Part shown: positions 38,301-49,100 of the stretch, piece by piece
Layout of the letters: the number at the start of each line of letters is the position of its first letter
Position numbering within the stretch: position 1 is the first letter of the stretch
Source of the DNA: an uncultured virus (IMG/VR IMGVR_UViG_3300044805_000534)
Lineage: Duplodnaviria; Heunggongvirae; Uroviricota; Caudoviricetes
DNA: 64,000 bases
Strand: one strand, 5' to 3'
IMG/VR virus record: IMGVR_UViG_3300044805_000534
Position numbers and translations under genes: made by a program
The notes under the pieces: model-generated
What the model saw: the letters and a program-made list of their open reading frames with translations, nothing else
Database searches by the model: none
What the model was told of the DNA's origin: nothing

Positions 38301-38348
38301 AACTCAATTGGAGTTAGATCTGCTAAATTAAAAATTAACCACAATTAA
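35301..38348 (+). CDS. Multi-domain virion adhesin/decoration protein (Cys-rich repeats, TSP1-like, FN3, Ig/Big_9, ASH-like)
   Basis: FN3 motifs TGLTPLTQYTV and GLTANTQYYAKAYA; Big_9-like YIPNQDYTGTDLFTF; TSP1-like NCVLSNW...RYVITPASGTGTPC. Confidence 0.7.
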   Translation: MSVFAFCYQLTIPDSVERFGKTLVYTQPGEPQPISIQLDQMYMEASMGPEGNTYYFCASGQSEPVLLVSGQISNFSEYGMTLTGGSSPCTADDDCSPGYIGNQPESMCYSIAINTVDNSLSDVEFRYTPVGDQFTSQVFASNWSIYTTSGNVRTLYMCSSTTPTILLYGEPIFDPGSYGIIVAGGTSTCTSDSACAPASTPVNCVLSNWGYGATQETWVAGAFSPCQLRNGSYQRFQTRYVITPASGTGTPCGATIEYTACTPTSTGTVATLTTPTVSAITASTATVTTTISNNGGSDVTAVRFRLYQNSVLVSSIAITSFNLGISVQFTGLTPLTQYTVDAVATNSTGNGTSQITTFTTLSNNSNISTPIISNLTQTGATLSSTFTNSSGDIYTRYGLLFKLGNSTNLVDGAAGVVKVETGVLAPNISPAALISQLAGLTANTQYYAKAYAQRDDGLTFLYSAAVSVNTAGIAAGTNLAQLGLTTIALSESNESAESYRFITNSAANSNRSYISTFDPTSEDPRPGVYQLTTTLQQVNLTTLTWAVERKYSPSDTIWKPFAIVNGTTDLASIQAPEMWTYYQYAADLTSLAFRPSVPGYYRIVLSGLFQDGSEFSVNRELVIGRPVSDINLSYTQLRQGIASMVQVTTQPDSPEWIPEFATDGLYSVAVSQSGTTLSASFIPNNVSRSFTATWVIANDNQQVTPTLTVIYNSPFKNYSLLNSFTKQIPVTVLPPMPVIDFANLQIFANPISSGSNITFSAASEYVNNYVITSSLGSGTNNNPITYTAVAAGTYDITVTGTNNSTGVIQTTSSTRSLIIQAASPILSQVPQQTVGRNLYVDINTLSFVNLNGSIFNGLNITANPTQGTVTFNNYVIRYIPNQDYTGTDLFTFRVLGSSGTSSNRVNVSILVAAPSFTVGSANAPIVFNSTEVGASRDLTIPITNTGSSSKLAIQTITLDQDSDEFKLVLTSGQTETEVSAINSIDINPSDTYNVKIRVQPNSIGVRSAKLKINHN

Positions 38349-39172
38349 TGCCAATCACCTACGTTAACATATCTGCAATTGGCTTACCTAGTGCCAATGT
38401 TGTATTTAGTTCAAATAATAAGTATTCTTATTATGAGCCGGTTGACACCTACTCTAAGGAGCAAATGTCAAATCTTGAGCAACTAAAATTGTATGGAATT
38501 ATACCAGCGTTTGACGTCGAAAACCTTATGGTGTATGCCCCGCTTAACGATCAGATTTACGGAAGAAAGTTTATTGAAAATGGTGTTGAGGTACTTAGAA
38601 AGGTGCATGAACCAGAATATTGGAAAAATCTTGGGTATATTTCATATAAAGACGGAAAACAGGTAGGATTCATTCCTTCATTTTTTACTAAAAATTCACT
38701 AGATATTTCTGAATTAAAAATTGCGACAGATCGTCTAACTGTTCCCAAACATCTTCCAGTGTTTATCTCTGCAAGAGAAGTCATGGGAAAATCTACAGTG
38801 TTATGGAAACTTGTCAATGTTACATCGGGTTCTTCTCCGGTTACAATGGCAGAGGTTGAAGCAGGCTGGACTTTTATTTGGAGATTTGACGAAGTTGGTG
38901 AATATGAAATATCCGGAACCGTTATTGATCTTTGGGGAAATGAACACCCTCTTCCAGAAAGAAGATTCGTTAAAGTAATGGCCAAAGACGACTATATTGA
39001 CTATATTGAAAGTAGTTTAAACTCTAGACCAATCACTTCAAGTTTAGCTAAAAACTCTCTACGAGCAGATGCCCAAATGATTGATATTAATTTTGATGAT
39101 TACGAAATCTTAGCAGATGGTACTATTATTAACAGAAATAATGGAACAGAGATAAATTTAAGTACTATATAA
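38348..39172 (+). CDS. Structural protein with PKD/Ig-like segment
   Basis: 274 aa; FIWRFDEVGEYEISGTVIDLWGN; TAATG-coupled to the adhesin gene. Confidence 0.55.
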   Translation: MPITYVNISAIGLPSANVVFSSNNKYSYYEPVDTYSKEQMSNLEQLKLYGIIPAFDVENLMVYAPLNDQIYGRKFIENGVEVLRKVHEPEYWKNLGYISYKDGKQVGFIPSFFTKNSLDISELKIATDRLTVPKHLPVFISAREVMGKSTVLWKLVNVTSGSSPVTMAEVEAGWTFIWRFDEVGEYEISGTVIDLWGNEHPLPERRFVKVMAKDDYIDYIESSLNSRPITSSLAKNSLRADAQMIDINFDDYEILADGTIINRNNGTEINLSTI

Positions 39173-39234
39173 GCCAGTTTCTGTTTTGTTAGTACAAGAA
39201 GGCTAATCGGCTATTATTTGCAAGCTAACACTCT

Positions 39235-39252
39235 GCTAATAAATAACAAAAA
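39235..39252 (+). promoter_or_regulatory. Putative late promoter
   Basis: GCTAATAAATAACAAAAA, identical to 32756-32773, 14 nt before the ATG. Confidence 0.7.
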
Positions 39253-39266
39253 ATAGAATAAAACAA

Positions 39267-40289
39267 ATGGCTTTTGTTGCACTATCACTATCAACACAAG
39301 AAATTCTAGAAACTACGTATGTATCAGATATGCGTATTATCTCTAATAGCAATACCGGATTGCTTAAGAGTAAAGTAGAAGATCTAATTAACAACTTAAA
39401 AATCGACCTTTCTGATAAAAAGATCGGAGTTGACCCGGACACAACCTTAACTCCATTAACAGAGTTAAAAACTAAAGTACTAACCATTCAAAATGGCCAG
39501 TTGTATTTTAAAAATGCAAACGGTACTGCAGATTTAATTAAATTTGAAACTGATACAGTTAACAGTGCAACCGTTGGTAAAATTACAACAGGTCTACTTG
39601 TAGCAAATGCATCGATTTCATCAGCAGGTCTAGCAATCTCTGGTACATCAACCTTTACTGGTGCAATTACAACAAACGGCCAGTCCAATTTAGTTGGATC
39701 CGTAAATATCACAGGAAGTTTCTCTAATAGCCGAGAAGATGTTACCAAAACCCTGGTTGCGGTAGCTGGTGCAAACCGAGCAAAAGCCGAAGTTACTCTA
39801 ACTGCAACTAGTAAATCATTAATTATATTAACTCTTGATGCAAGCTCATTCTATAGCGGATCTGCTTTCCAGAGTACAATTACAGACGGTATTGATATTG
39901 TTCTTATAAATGACGCCACTTCTCCGGTACGAAGCGGTCAAGAATTTACAATTATGGTAAGAGCTGTCACCTATACATCTGGTGGAACTGTTACACATGT
40001 AAGTGGAGTATACGAAACCTTTGCTACAACCAATTCAGCAACTCATAAAATTAGAGTAATTGGACAAAACTTTGCAGTGTTAGACCAAGATGCAGTTGGA
40101 TTAGATTCAACTCATACTACACTAGCTTCACAATGGGCAGTTGGATTAAGTAGTAACCTATTTACATCTTCTGTTACCTTAATGAATGTTGGAACAGTTA
40201 AAAATAGTGCAAACCTTCCTGCAAGTTGGGGAGCAAATCAATCAAGACTTGTTGTAACTGGTGCTTCAAACGCCATCTATAACATTTAA
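39267..40289 (+). CDS. Virion structural protein, fibre-like
   Basis: 340 aa, Thr/Ser/Gly-rich beta character; own late promoter; N-terminal motif shared with the 52262 and 59244 ORFs. Confidence 0.55.
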   Translation: MAFVALSLSTQEILETTYVSDMRIISNSNTGLLKSKVEDLINNLKIDLSDKKIGVDPDTTLTPLTELKTKVLTIQNGQLYFKNANGTADLIKFETDTVNSATVGKITTGLLVANASISSAGLAISGTSTFTGAITTNGQSNLVGSVNITGSFSNSREDVTKTLVAVAGANRAKAEVTLTATSKSLIILTLDASSFYSGSAFQSTITDGIDIVLINDATSPVRSGQEFTIMVRAVTYTSGGTVTHVSGVYETFATTNSATHKIRVIGQNFAVLDQDAVGLDSTHTTLASQWAVGLSSNLFTSSVTLMNVGTVKNSANLPASWGANQSRLVVTGASNAIYNI

Positions 40290-40310
40290 AAATAAAACCC
40301 TGAGCGCAAA

Positions 40311-42440
40311 ATGGCAGTTGCTCCTATTATAAAACCAATAACAACTAGAAAGGGTATATTTTACACTTTCCAGAGTTCATTAGAAGACTTAACTTTATCA
40401 TTTAATAATAGTGGTAATCAATTTAAGTTTTCTAACTTTGTGCTTTTAAATTTACCTAATGTTGGAACACCAGATGGAACTCCTTCAGATAATAAGCTAT
40501 TTTTTAAAGCTCAAGGTGAAACATTAATGACTGATCCTGGTCTTTATAACCAAAGCAATCAAAATTACAACTTAGCTCAAAGTTTTCAAAACTACGCTTT
40601 GAATCTAGAAGCCCTATTGATTTCTCAGGATTCATATAATAGAGAATTACCGCTTAACGTATCAGAGAGGGTTTTTTGGAAATGGTTAAAGGAAGCTGGC
40701 GCTATTCGTTGGAGAGGCGCTAATACGTTAGAAACCTCTACTACTGGAATTTTTACAGAAGAGGACGAAGCAGTTGGCTCATCATACAGCAAAGTCGTAC
40801 AATATATTGGTGAAATCGATATTGTTAACTCATATAAAGGTAAAGAAAATTCATATAGCGAACTTTACCTACATGTTCCAAATAATGTAGGGTCAACTCC
40901 ATATATTCTATTTAAATCAATAGATGACTCTAATTATAAGCCAAATATGACAGTTACACACAGTCCAGATTTACCTGAAGACCGTGAAACTATTGTTGGT
41001 CGTCACTATAGTGATACTCACCCACAAGGATTAAGCTTAAATGCATTTTATGATTTAGATGATTCAACTGTGCTTTTGGAGCAAGCTCCATACGCAGGTT
41101 CTACATATACCGCGCAAAACTGGTTTCAAGGAACCTTAAATAACTCATACTATACTGATGGTACTTATGATGCACCTTCTGCTACTTGGAAATATAATAC
41201 AGCTGTTAATAAGAAAATCAAAAAGAGTAAAACTAATAGCGGCGTAACTACAACTATTAATTATACTAGATCAACGTTAGATGGAGTATGTGTAGACTTT
41301 TCGCTTACTGATTATTTAGTGGCAACACAAAACGCAAAAACAGCCTTCTCTGGACTTAATGACATTAATGTTCAAAATAAAAACTTTGATTTTAACACAG
41401 TTCTTGTTTATTATGATGTAATTGATCCAGTAACTAAAGTATTAAAAGCTAAGAATTTATATGGTGTACTTTTCTTAAATAAAATTCAACCAAACGGTTT
41501 AGAATTTGAAATACCAAGACTAGCTAAATACAAGCCAGATCCATTAAGTAAAATTAATGGTAACTCTTATGCATTTAAACTTAACGTAAAATTCGATACT
41601 TCAATTGAAGATGTTGCGGTAGAACCAATTAAAAATATTAATGCAAACGCTGGATTCAGTTTAGAGCTTTTTACAGACTTAATGAATCGTTTCCAAACAG
41701 TTGCAATTAATCAGGAGGCTAAATTAACCCAATTTACTCAATTACAAACTGACTGGGAAAAAGTTAAGTCAAGTCTATTAACTACTAGCAAAACTTCTGA
41801 TATAGAATCAAGACTTTCGAGCTTAGAAAAAGCTCTACTTGCAAATAGCGCGCTATTTTTAAATACTAAAAACGTTATTGAGAAAATCACAAACGTCGAA
41901 GGTCAACTTACAAATTTTGTAGCAGGAAAGACTTCTCTTGAAGTTGCATATAATACAGATGTTGTAAAAAGCGGATCGGGGATAGGAATTAGCCGAGGAA
42001 TCAGTAACCAAATCGTTGTCAACAATGAAACACCAGATTACAATTTTGAAACAAGCCCAATCTTTGATATTGCGCTAGCTCAATCAATTCCTCTAGTACC
42101 ATTTAGTAATTATTATAGACATGAAAAATCTGGGAATTCACATACCCTAACTGGAAATCTGGTTTTAAAAATTAACGATACCTTAACTCAATGGAAAAAA
42201 GGCCAAGTGTTAAGATTAGTATTTGCAGATCCAGTTTTAACAAACGGATATAGTATTACACTATCAACTGATGCATTAGCTAGATCTACAAATTTAGATT
42301 TTTCTAGTGTTACTCAAGCATACAACACAAGAATAGGAATATTAACAGATTACGGCTGGTCCAGCGATAATCGACCTATTTTCGAAATCATTTGTATAAA
42401 TTCTTTAACCTTGGACTTTAAAATAGATAGAATACGATAA
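40311..42440 (+). CDS. Virion structural protein, baseplate region
   Basis: 709 aa in the late cluster; internal coiled coil around aa 460-540. Confidence 0.55.
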   Translation: MAVAPIIKPITTRKGIFYTFQSSLEDLTLSFNNSGNQFKFSNFVLLNLPNVGTPDGTPSDNKLFFKAQGETLMTDPGLYNQSNQNYNLAQSFQNYALNLEALLISQDSYNRELPLNVSERVFWKWLKEAGAIRWRGANTLETSTTGIFTEEDEAVGSSYSKVVQYIGEIDIVNSYKGKENSYSELYLHVPNNVGSTPYILFKSIDDSNYKPNMTVTHSPDLPEDRETIVGRHYSDTHPQGLSLNAFYDLDDSTVLLEQAPYAGSTYTAQNWFQGTLNNSYYTDGTYDAPSATWKYNTAVNKKIKKSKTNSGVTTTINYTRSTLDGVCVDFSLTDYLVATQNAKTAFSGLNDINVQNKNFDFNTVLVYYDVIDPVTKVLKAKNLYGVLFLNKIQPNGLEFEIPRLAKYKPDPLSKINGNSYAFKLNVKFDTSIEDVAVEPIKNINANAGFSLELFTDLMNRFQTVAINQEAKLTQFTQLQTDWEKVKSSLLTTSKTSDIESRLSSLEKALLANSALFLNTKNVIEKITNVEGQLTNFVAGKTSLEVAYNTDVVKSGSGIGISRGISNQIVVNNETPDYNFETSPIFDIALAQSIPLVPFSNYYRHEKSGNSHTLTGNLVLKINDTLTQWKKGQVLRLVFADPVLTNGYSITLSTDALARSTNLDFSSVTQAYNTRIGILTDYGWSSDNRPIFEIICINSLTLDFKIDRIR

Positions 42441-45400
42441 TGGCTGAAGGAACTAATTCTTTATCAGAGATCTTAAATTCGCTTGGCGTACAAACCGCTA
42501 ACGCACAAGAGCTTATTTCAAAAATGAATCAGGCTCTAACTACAAATTCTAGCCAAGTTGAAGTTACTCGAATCGATGCAGATGATCCAACTTTAAGTAC
42601 AACTATTCCAATTCCATCAATTGGATATATGAATGGTCGTATTGAAGAAATCGATACTAAATTTAAGACTCTTCTTAACGCAAACGGTAATACAATTGGA
42701 GTTAAGGACGATCAAGGCAACGTTAAACGATTTGAGCTTAACGACATAACTAAAACTATTTCAGATCTTGAAAAAATCGGAGATGCTAGTTTAGGTTTAC
42801 CAACCAGATTTAAAACCAAAAATAACTGGTTTTTTGAGAGTTTCCTTAGCCCACTACTATATGTTCCAATTGACGTAACTAATTATGTATCAGATGATAT
42901 TTCTAAGTTTGAAATTAGAAGAGTTATTGTAAATGTTGGAGAAGATACTGACTTAATTACATTTTTTAATAATAATTACAAAGGTAAAAATTCCGTTAAT
43001 TACACAACTCTATTAAATGATTTAGTAAATGCTGGAATTTCTTATTTTGAAGATACCAATATTGTAGATTTACCTGGAGCAATTAACAGATATCGTGGAA
43101 CGTTTAAAGTTCAAACTATTTCTGAAATAACTGTGCCTGAAACTATTAACGGCGAAATCCTAAGTTACAGTAAAGTAAAATACGTTCTTGATAAATTAGA
43201 ATACACCGATGTAACTGGATCTACTCCAGCTGCACAGCGAAGAGAATTATCGGTTGGCGCTAGAGTAATAACTGAAGAAAATTCAGAATATCTAGTTGAG
43301 TCAGTTGATACTAAAGATAAATCAGTTATTTTAAAAAGAGTATTTGGATCAGATGGAATTGTTCTTTTTGAAAACTTAAGAATTAAACCTGAACTATATA
43401 GATCTCCAACCCTTGCTGTAAACATTGGATATAACGAACGCGAAGTAATTTTTATAAAACCAATAAGTTCAAAAATGGACTTAACTGTTGATTTTATTTC
43501 AAACGGATTTGGAATTTACACAAATGAATTGCAAATTACTCTACAAAGCGGTCAAAATTTAACGCTAAACGAATACTACAATAATTTTGTTGCAGACTTT
43601 GGCCTATTATTTTTATCATTCGCAAAGGAAAAGAAATTGCCGAATTCTCTAGGATTTCAGCCAAATGCACCAACGCTTAGTTCAGCAAATTTTAAAGTTT
43701 TACAAATAGATTCACACGTAACTAATACGGACTCTGCGTCTACGGTAAAAACTCTAGTTTCACAAAAGGAATCAATTAATTCTCAATTAAGAGAATTGGA
43801 CAAATCTATTGATACTCTTAAAAAGACAATTAACTCATCAGGTAATCAAAATGATGCAATTCGACTTAAAGCACAATCTGATTTAAATAATAAAACTTCA
43901 GCAAGATCGCAGTCATTTTCTCAATTATCTACAGTAGTTAAAGAACTTTCCCTAAACGTAAAAACTTCACCAGAATTTAGCGTTTCCCCTAAATATCGAG
44001 TTAGAGGATTTTGGGAAATTCCAGCTGATATTGATTCGCCGTACGGCTTACAAAAAACAGTTCAGTTCAAAATTGCATATAGGTATCTAAGTTTAAACAA
44101 AGATGCAGCCGCTGCCGACCCTATTACATTTACAGATGCAGCTGGAACTCAAAGAACTGGCTATTTTTCTCCATGGACAGAGACTTTAACAAAGGCTAAG
44201 CAAAAGACATATAACTCAACAACTGGTCTTTACGAATGGACTGAGGAAAATGTTGCAGATCCGGAATCAGTTAATATTAATCAATTGGATATTGCAATTA
44301 GAAAAGGTGAATCTGTTGAAATTAAAATTAAATCTCTTTCTGAAGCAGGTTTTCCAGATAATCCAGTTGAATCAGAGTGGTCTGACGCTATTACAATAGA
44401 CTTTCCATCAAATATTCAATCAGCAGAAGAAAATACCCTTATTGCTCAGCAGGCAATGGCAGACGAGAGCAGAATTTCCCTACAGGAAGAATTAAATGCT
44501 AGAGGATTAGATCTTCACCTATCTACCGCCTTTACTAGTAAAGATAAGTATTATTCACATACAACAGATGCGGTTGCGTCAGGATTCTTTTTAGCAGACG
44601 GCACCGCTATTTCTTTATACGATAAGTTAAAAGAAATATCAGAGTCTCTTTCAGCAATTCAAGCGTCTCTTTCTACCGCAACAGCTGAACTTATTATTAG
44701 CATAATTACCCCAGAGGGTAGCGAAGTACAGGTTACAAATGGTCAAACCGTTGATTTGTTTGCTGGATATTATGTAGACTCTGCTAAATTAACAGACGGT
44801 TCTTTAGATAAAGGTAAAGTTGTATCTAAAGAATATCAAGTTAAGATTAGAAATGCTTCACAAACCCCGCTTGAATTAATTTCAACCTTAGGCGGAGGAA
44901 TTGGAGTGGCTGCACCAACATCTTTCCCAGGTGCAAATACTGATACTCAATACAATACATATTTAAGATACGATAAAGCTCCAATTAATTTAAATGGAGT
45001 TTCTAGAGCAGGCTTTGCTGCATTTACACAAAGAACCGGCTATCAATCATCCCAAGTAAAAAGCCAATATATTTATGCTAGATACTTTAACGCAGATAAT
45101 AGTAAACGTCTCTATTTTGGAGATATGCTAGACCAATCTGCTTCAACGTCTAGTATCAATGTGTCATCTTATGCAACTAACCAAAACTATAAATTTACTG
45201 ATACGGTAAACGTAGTCCCTGGAAAACCTAACTATATGGGTGGACACTATATTCCATCTATTCCTGGAGCAGCAGGAGCTCTTGATGTTTGGAATGGCAG
45301 CCTTAGCGGCGGCGTTCCGGCTGGAGGTGGAACCCTTACTGAATTCTGTATTCATAAAGATCACCCATTCCTTAAAAACTTAGGAAACGGTTCATTCAAT

Positions 45401-46114
45401 GGTAATAATTTCTTAGGCCTTAGTGCAAGCGCACCATACGAAGTTTCAGGAAATGCTATCACAAATACAAGTCAAGTATATTTACCTTTTTCTCACGCGG
45501 TTCACTTTAACACAAGCGCAGAAGCAGGAACCAATGAATTTGGAGTTCCATACTATGCACAAGCGGAAAGGGTAACCCCAGAATCGCCTTATGCATATAG
45601 CGACGTATTATATTCAGCGCTAAATACTTTTCCAATTAAAATTGGATTTGGGACTGGCGATGATTATCTAATTGGTGCAAAAACCTGCGGATCGTACTTA
45701 TTTATGATGCCGCAATCATATGCCTCTATTTCAGTAGATGGATCAAACTCAAGATCGTCAAAAAGAACGGTTTCTGCTGGATCTGCTGCTTCAATAACAG
45801 TTCCAATAGTTTTCCAATTTAGAACCACTGATAAAATCGGTGAAATTGGAGGTTGGTCAACCGGTCAAAAATTAACTAATATTACATATACAAAAATTAT
45901 TGGACTTGATATTTACACTAAGAGTGGATTATTTGAGTTCGATATACAGGTTAGTGGTAAGCATCAGCGTGATACAATTATTACTTCGCCAACTATATTT
46001 ACGCCACACGGCGGATCAGGCGGAGGCGGAGTTTACATATCAGATTTAACTGATATTCTTAGAAGCTCAGCATTTAATTTATCACTGAACTCTTCTCTAA
46101 CTAATTTTATGTAA
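42440..46114 (+). CDS. Large virion structural protein
   Basis: 1224 aa, TAATG-coupled; coiled coil followed by FN3-like PVESEWSDAITI segment. Confidence 0.55.
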   Translation: MAEGTNSLSEILNSLGVQTANAQELISKMNQALTTNSSQVEVTRIDADDPTLSTTIPIPSIGYMNGRIEEIDTKFKTLLNANGNTIGVKDDQGNVKRFELNDITKTISDLEKIGDASLGLPTRFKTKNNWFFESFLSPLLYVPIDVTNYVSDDISKFEIRRVIVNVGEDTDLITFFNNNYKGKNSVNYTTLLNDLVNAGISYFEDTNIVDLPGAINRYRGTFKVQTISEITVPETINGEILSYSKVKYVLDKLEYTDVTGSTPAAQRRELSVGARVITEENSEYLVESVDTKDKSVILKRVFGSDGIVLFENLRIKPELYRSPTLAVNIGYNEREVIFIKPISSKMDLTVDFISNGFGIYTNELQITLQSGQNLTLNEYYNNFVADFGLLFLSFAKEKKLPNSLGFQPNAPTLSSANFKVLQIDSHVTNTDSASTVKTLVSQKESINSQLRELDKSIDTLKKTINSSGNQNDAIRLKAQSDLNNKTSARSQSFSQLSTVVKELSLNVKTSPEFSVSPKYRVRGFWEIPADIDSPYGLQKTVQFKIAYRYLSLNKDAAAADPITFTDAAGTQRTGYFSPWTETLTKAKQKTYNSTTGLYEWTEENVADPESVNINQLDIAIRKGESVEIKIKSLSEAGFPDNPVESEWSDAITIDFPSNIQSAEENTLIAQQAMADESRISLQEELNARGLDLHLSTAFTSKDKYYSHTTDAVASGFFLADGTAISLYDKLKEISESLSAIQASLSTATAELIISIITPEGSEVQVTNGQTVDLFAGYYVDSAKLTDGSLDKGKVVSKEYQVKIRNASQTPLELISTLGGGIGVAAPTSFPGANTDTQYNTYLRYDKAPINLNGVSRAGFAAFTQRTGYQSSQVKSQYIYARYFNADNSKRLYFGDMLDQSASTSSINVSSYATNQNYKFTDTVNVVPGKPNYMGGHYIPSIPGAAGALDVWNGSLSGGVPAGGGTLTEFCIHKDHPFLKNLGNGSFNGNNFLGLSASAPYEVSGNAITNTSQVYLPFSHAVHFNTSAEAGTNEFGVPYYAQAERVTPESPYAYSDVLYSALNTFPIKIGFGTGDDYLIGAKTCGSYLFMMPQSYASISVDGSNSRSSKRTVSAGSAASITVPIVFQFRTTDKIGEIGGWSTGQKLTNITYTKIIGLDIYTKSGLFEFDIQVSGKHQRDTIITSPTIFTPHGGSGGGGVYISDLTDILRSSAFNLSLNSSLTNFM

Positions 46115-46136
46115 TATAAAAATTAAGTAGAAACAC

Positions 46137-49100
46137 GTGGCATTATCTTATAAAAAGATTACACCTTTTGACACATCATTTGGATTAGTTAGAACTAACC
46201 CTAAACTTACAGGGAATATTAAGTTAGTGGTAGATGCTAACCAAAATTTATATTTTGAATCAATTGAGGCAAGCTCTGAATTAGCAAATGATAAGTATAA
46301 AGCCTATCCAATTGACCCAACGTCTAATCATGATTCAAATCTATATAGATTTTTTAGTAATGGAAATACGCCAGAATCAATTGTATTTGGCGTAAAAACA
46401 AATGTCGCACTGGATTCAACATCATCAAATTTTGCTGACCAATACGATTTTTCTGAATATTTTTCAGGCGCGCGATACTGTATATCAAAGAATTATTCTG
46501 AAAAGTTCAAGTACTTTGCGCCAATATATTTAAATAAAGAGGTCCCAGAAAAATTTGTAATTTTTAAAATCCCCGGGGCAAGTCACTTGCCAATTTCGGA
46601 AACCAAAGCAAGCTATCCATATGCCAAGGCTGGACATTTAAAAAGCATACTGGATGGTGCTCAAATTATAAAAACCTTTGACTTAGGAGTAGACTCGCAT
46701 ATCGGTACGTATCTTAAAAAGATGCAGAGCAATCCGTTATTTCCGTCGACTACACTAAACTTTCCATTTAACAGAGGCTTGCTTGCATCATATTCGGGAG
46801 TTGCCTATAAAGTTGGCTGTTACACTGAAAAATTTGAAAACCTACAAGACTTAATTATAGGCGGTAAAACTATTACTGACTTTGAAGAATATGTAACTCT
46901 AGGTTATGAGAGAAACTCTGTAATTTATCCAAATATTCTAAATCTAGAATTTCTATTTGACGACACGTCAGACGACTTTGAATTTAATAGATATTTTGGA
47001 ATTTACTGTAATACTGTAGAGTTAGCCGAGCTAGATTTTGACTTAAGCGATCATGCTGCGCTTGCATTAAATTCTCCAACCATTACTGATCCTAACACAT
47101 ATGAATATGCGCAAACACCATTTACCCAAACTAATGAAAATGGATTAGACTTAAAATTTCATGCAATTCCAGCGTCGGTTTCTTCTGCATTGTCTGAATT
47201 AGATGGAGCTGGTATTATCACACTTGAAGATAAGTTAGGTAACTTACATAAAGTTACGCAAGCAAATATTTTAGATTCAAAATTAAAGATTTCGAGTAAA
47301 TCAATAGATTTGTCTCTACTACACGGTCCAACTGAAACATTTATGGAAGACTCTGCCGATTATACAGAAGGTGGAATCCAATCATTTATTGAAATTTCAA
47401 TTGACGCAATCCCAAACCACCTAGATCAACTTAGAATTTATTATCCAAATGGAAAAGCGACTAATCAAAATTCTAAGAGATTTGAAACACTTACTGCGGT
47501 ATCTAATTTTTCATATAATGGGTCGACTCTACTTGGAGCGCTTGCTCTATACAATGAATATGGGCCAGATCAATTTTACTATAGTATTAATGTTGTACAG
47601 CAGGAAGATCTAGCGACTCAATTACAAAAAATTGCAGAGTCGATAACCGAAGCAATTAACGCTATACAAAACAGTGGATTTAAAGCATTTTCTTATCAAA
47701 ACCGAATATTTATTGTTGTAAATACCGAAGGTAATGTTTCATTAGAATATGCTGCCCAATATATTCCAGCCAGTAGTGACCTTAAGATAACTATATCAGA
47801 CGAGCCAATTTTTAAGAAAACGGCAGCCGACCTACTTGGAACAAGTTCTAGTACAACTATCGATTTAACTAATAGCGATTATATTGTATATGGCGAAGCT
47901 TCACCCAGTATTAATCAAATTAACTACTTATTTGGTACTTTGATTGCAGAAGCTGGAGTAAAAACCCTAACGTTTGGTATAGGAAATTTAGACCAAACTG
48001 ACATAATTGGATGTCAAGTAGTTAATTTTAAGCCTGGCTCAGCACTATCCTCGCATATTTCAGTTGAAGGCCAATATTTCAATAAATTACATACAAATAA
48101 GGCAGATATTCTAGTACAATCGCCTTCTGGTTGGGTTGAAATTGAAAATATTGTTAAGAGTATAGATTACATAAACACCAATACATTTACTAGCGAAGCT
48201 GATAAAATTAAAGCAGTAGACTATTACGATAATAATATAAACGTATTAACAGAAAACGGCACAGAAGCTCTTTTAAAATTTGGACTAGTTCAAATTAAAA
48301 AGAAATATAAACCAACAATTAGTGCATTATCAATTATCCCAATTAAAGATTTTGATTTTGACCATACTGATAGCCAATACGCGTCTACTCAATTAAGTGA
48401 TGTCTGGAAATCTGCATTTATTCCAGAAGGAATTAATATGATTAACCTAGGAAAATCTGCATATCGAGTTTTAAATGGTAGTATTAAAATTGGAACGTCT
48501 ACATATAGTGATGGAGATTTAATTGAAAAAACAGTACTACCAACGGTTGTTAAATTTGAAGCGATAAACGGAGATCCGTTTGTAATTCCAGCACTATCAC
48601 TAACAACACCTACTTATGATGTTGAGCTTGCTGATAATACTCCAGATATTTTAGATTTTAAAGGATTTTTTACAATCACGTCAGACTATGCTGAAGTTTC
48701 TCCTTCTAAAACAGTATCATACATTTATCGAGATAGATTTACAAGCGGAAAAATTACATCAGAGTACGACTCAAATTACGAAAGATTTTTAATTGAAAAT
48801 GCTGGAAAAAACCGATTGGTTAAGTACATCTGTAAATGGGGAGCAGACGGTTCCCTTGATTCAAGATCAAACCCGTATCGGTTAAATGCGGATTTAGTTT
48901 TTGGTGTAAATAATTTTTCACCCGAGCCAAATAAAGTTGAGCCAGATTCAAGTTTAATGACGCATGAGTGGTTTTATATTGAATCTCTATATGATTATAT
49001 TAATGACATAACTGCCGCGTCTCAAAACAAACTATATTTTGATACGCCGTTTAACCCAACACTAGCTGTAACGCAAGCTGGATATTTTGAGGACTACTTT

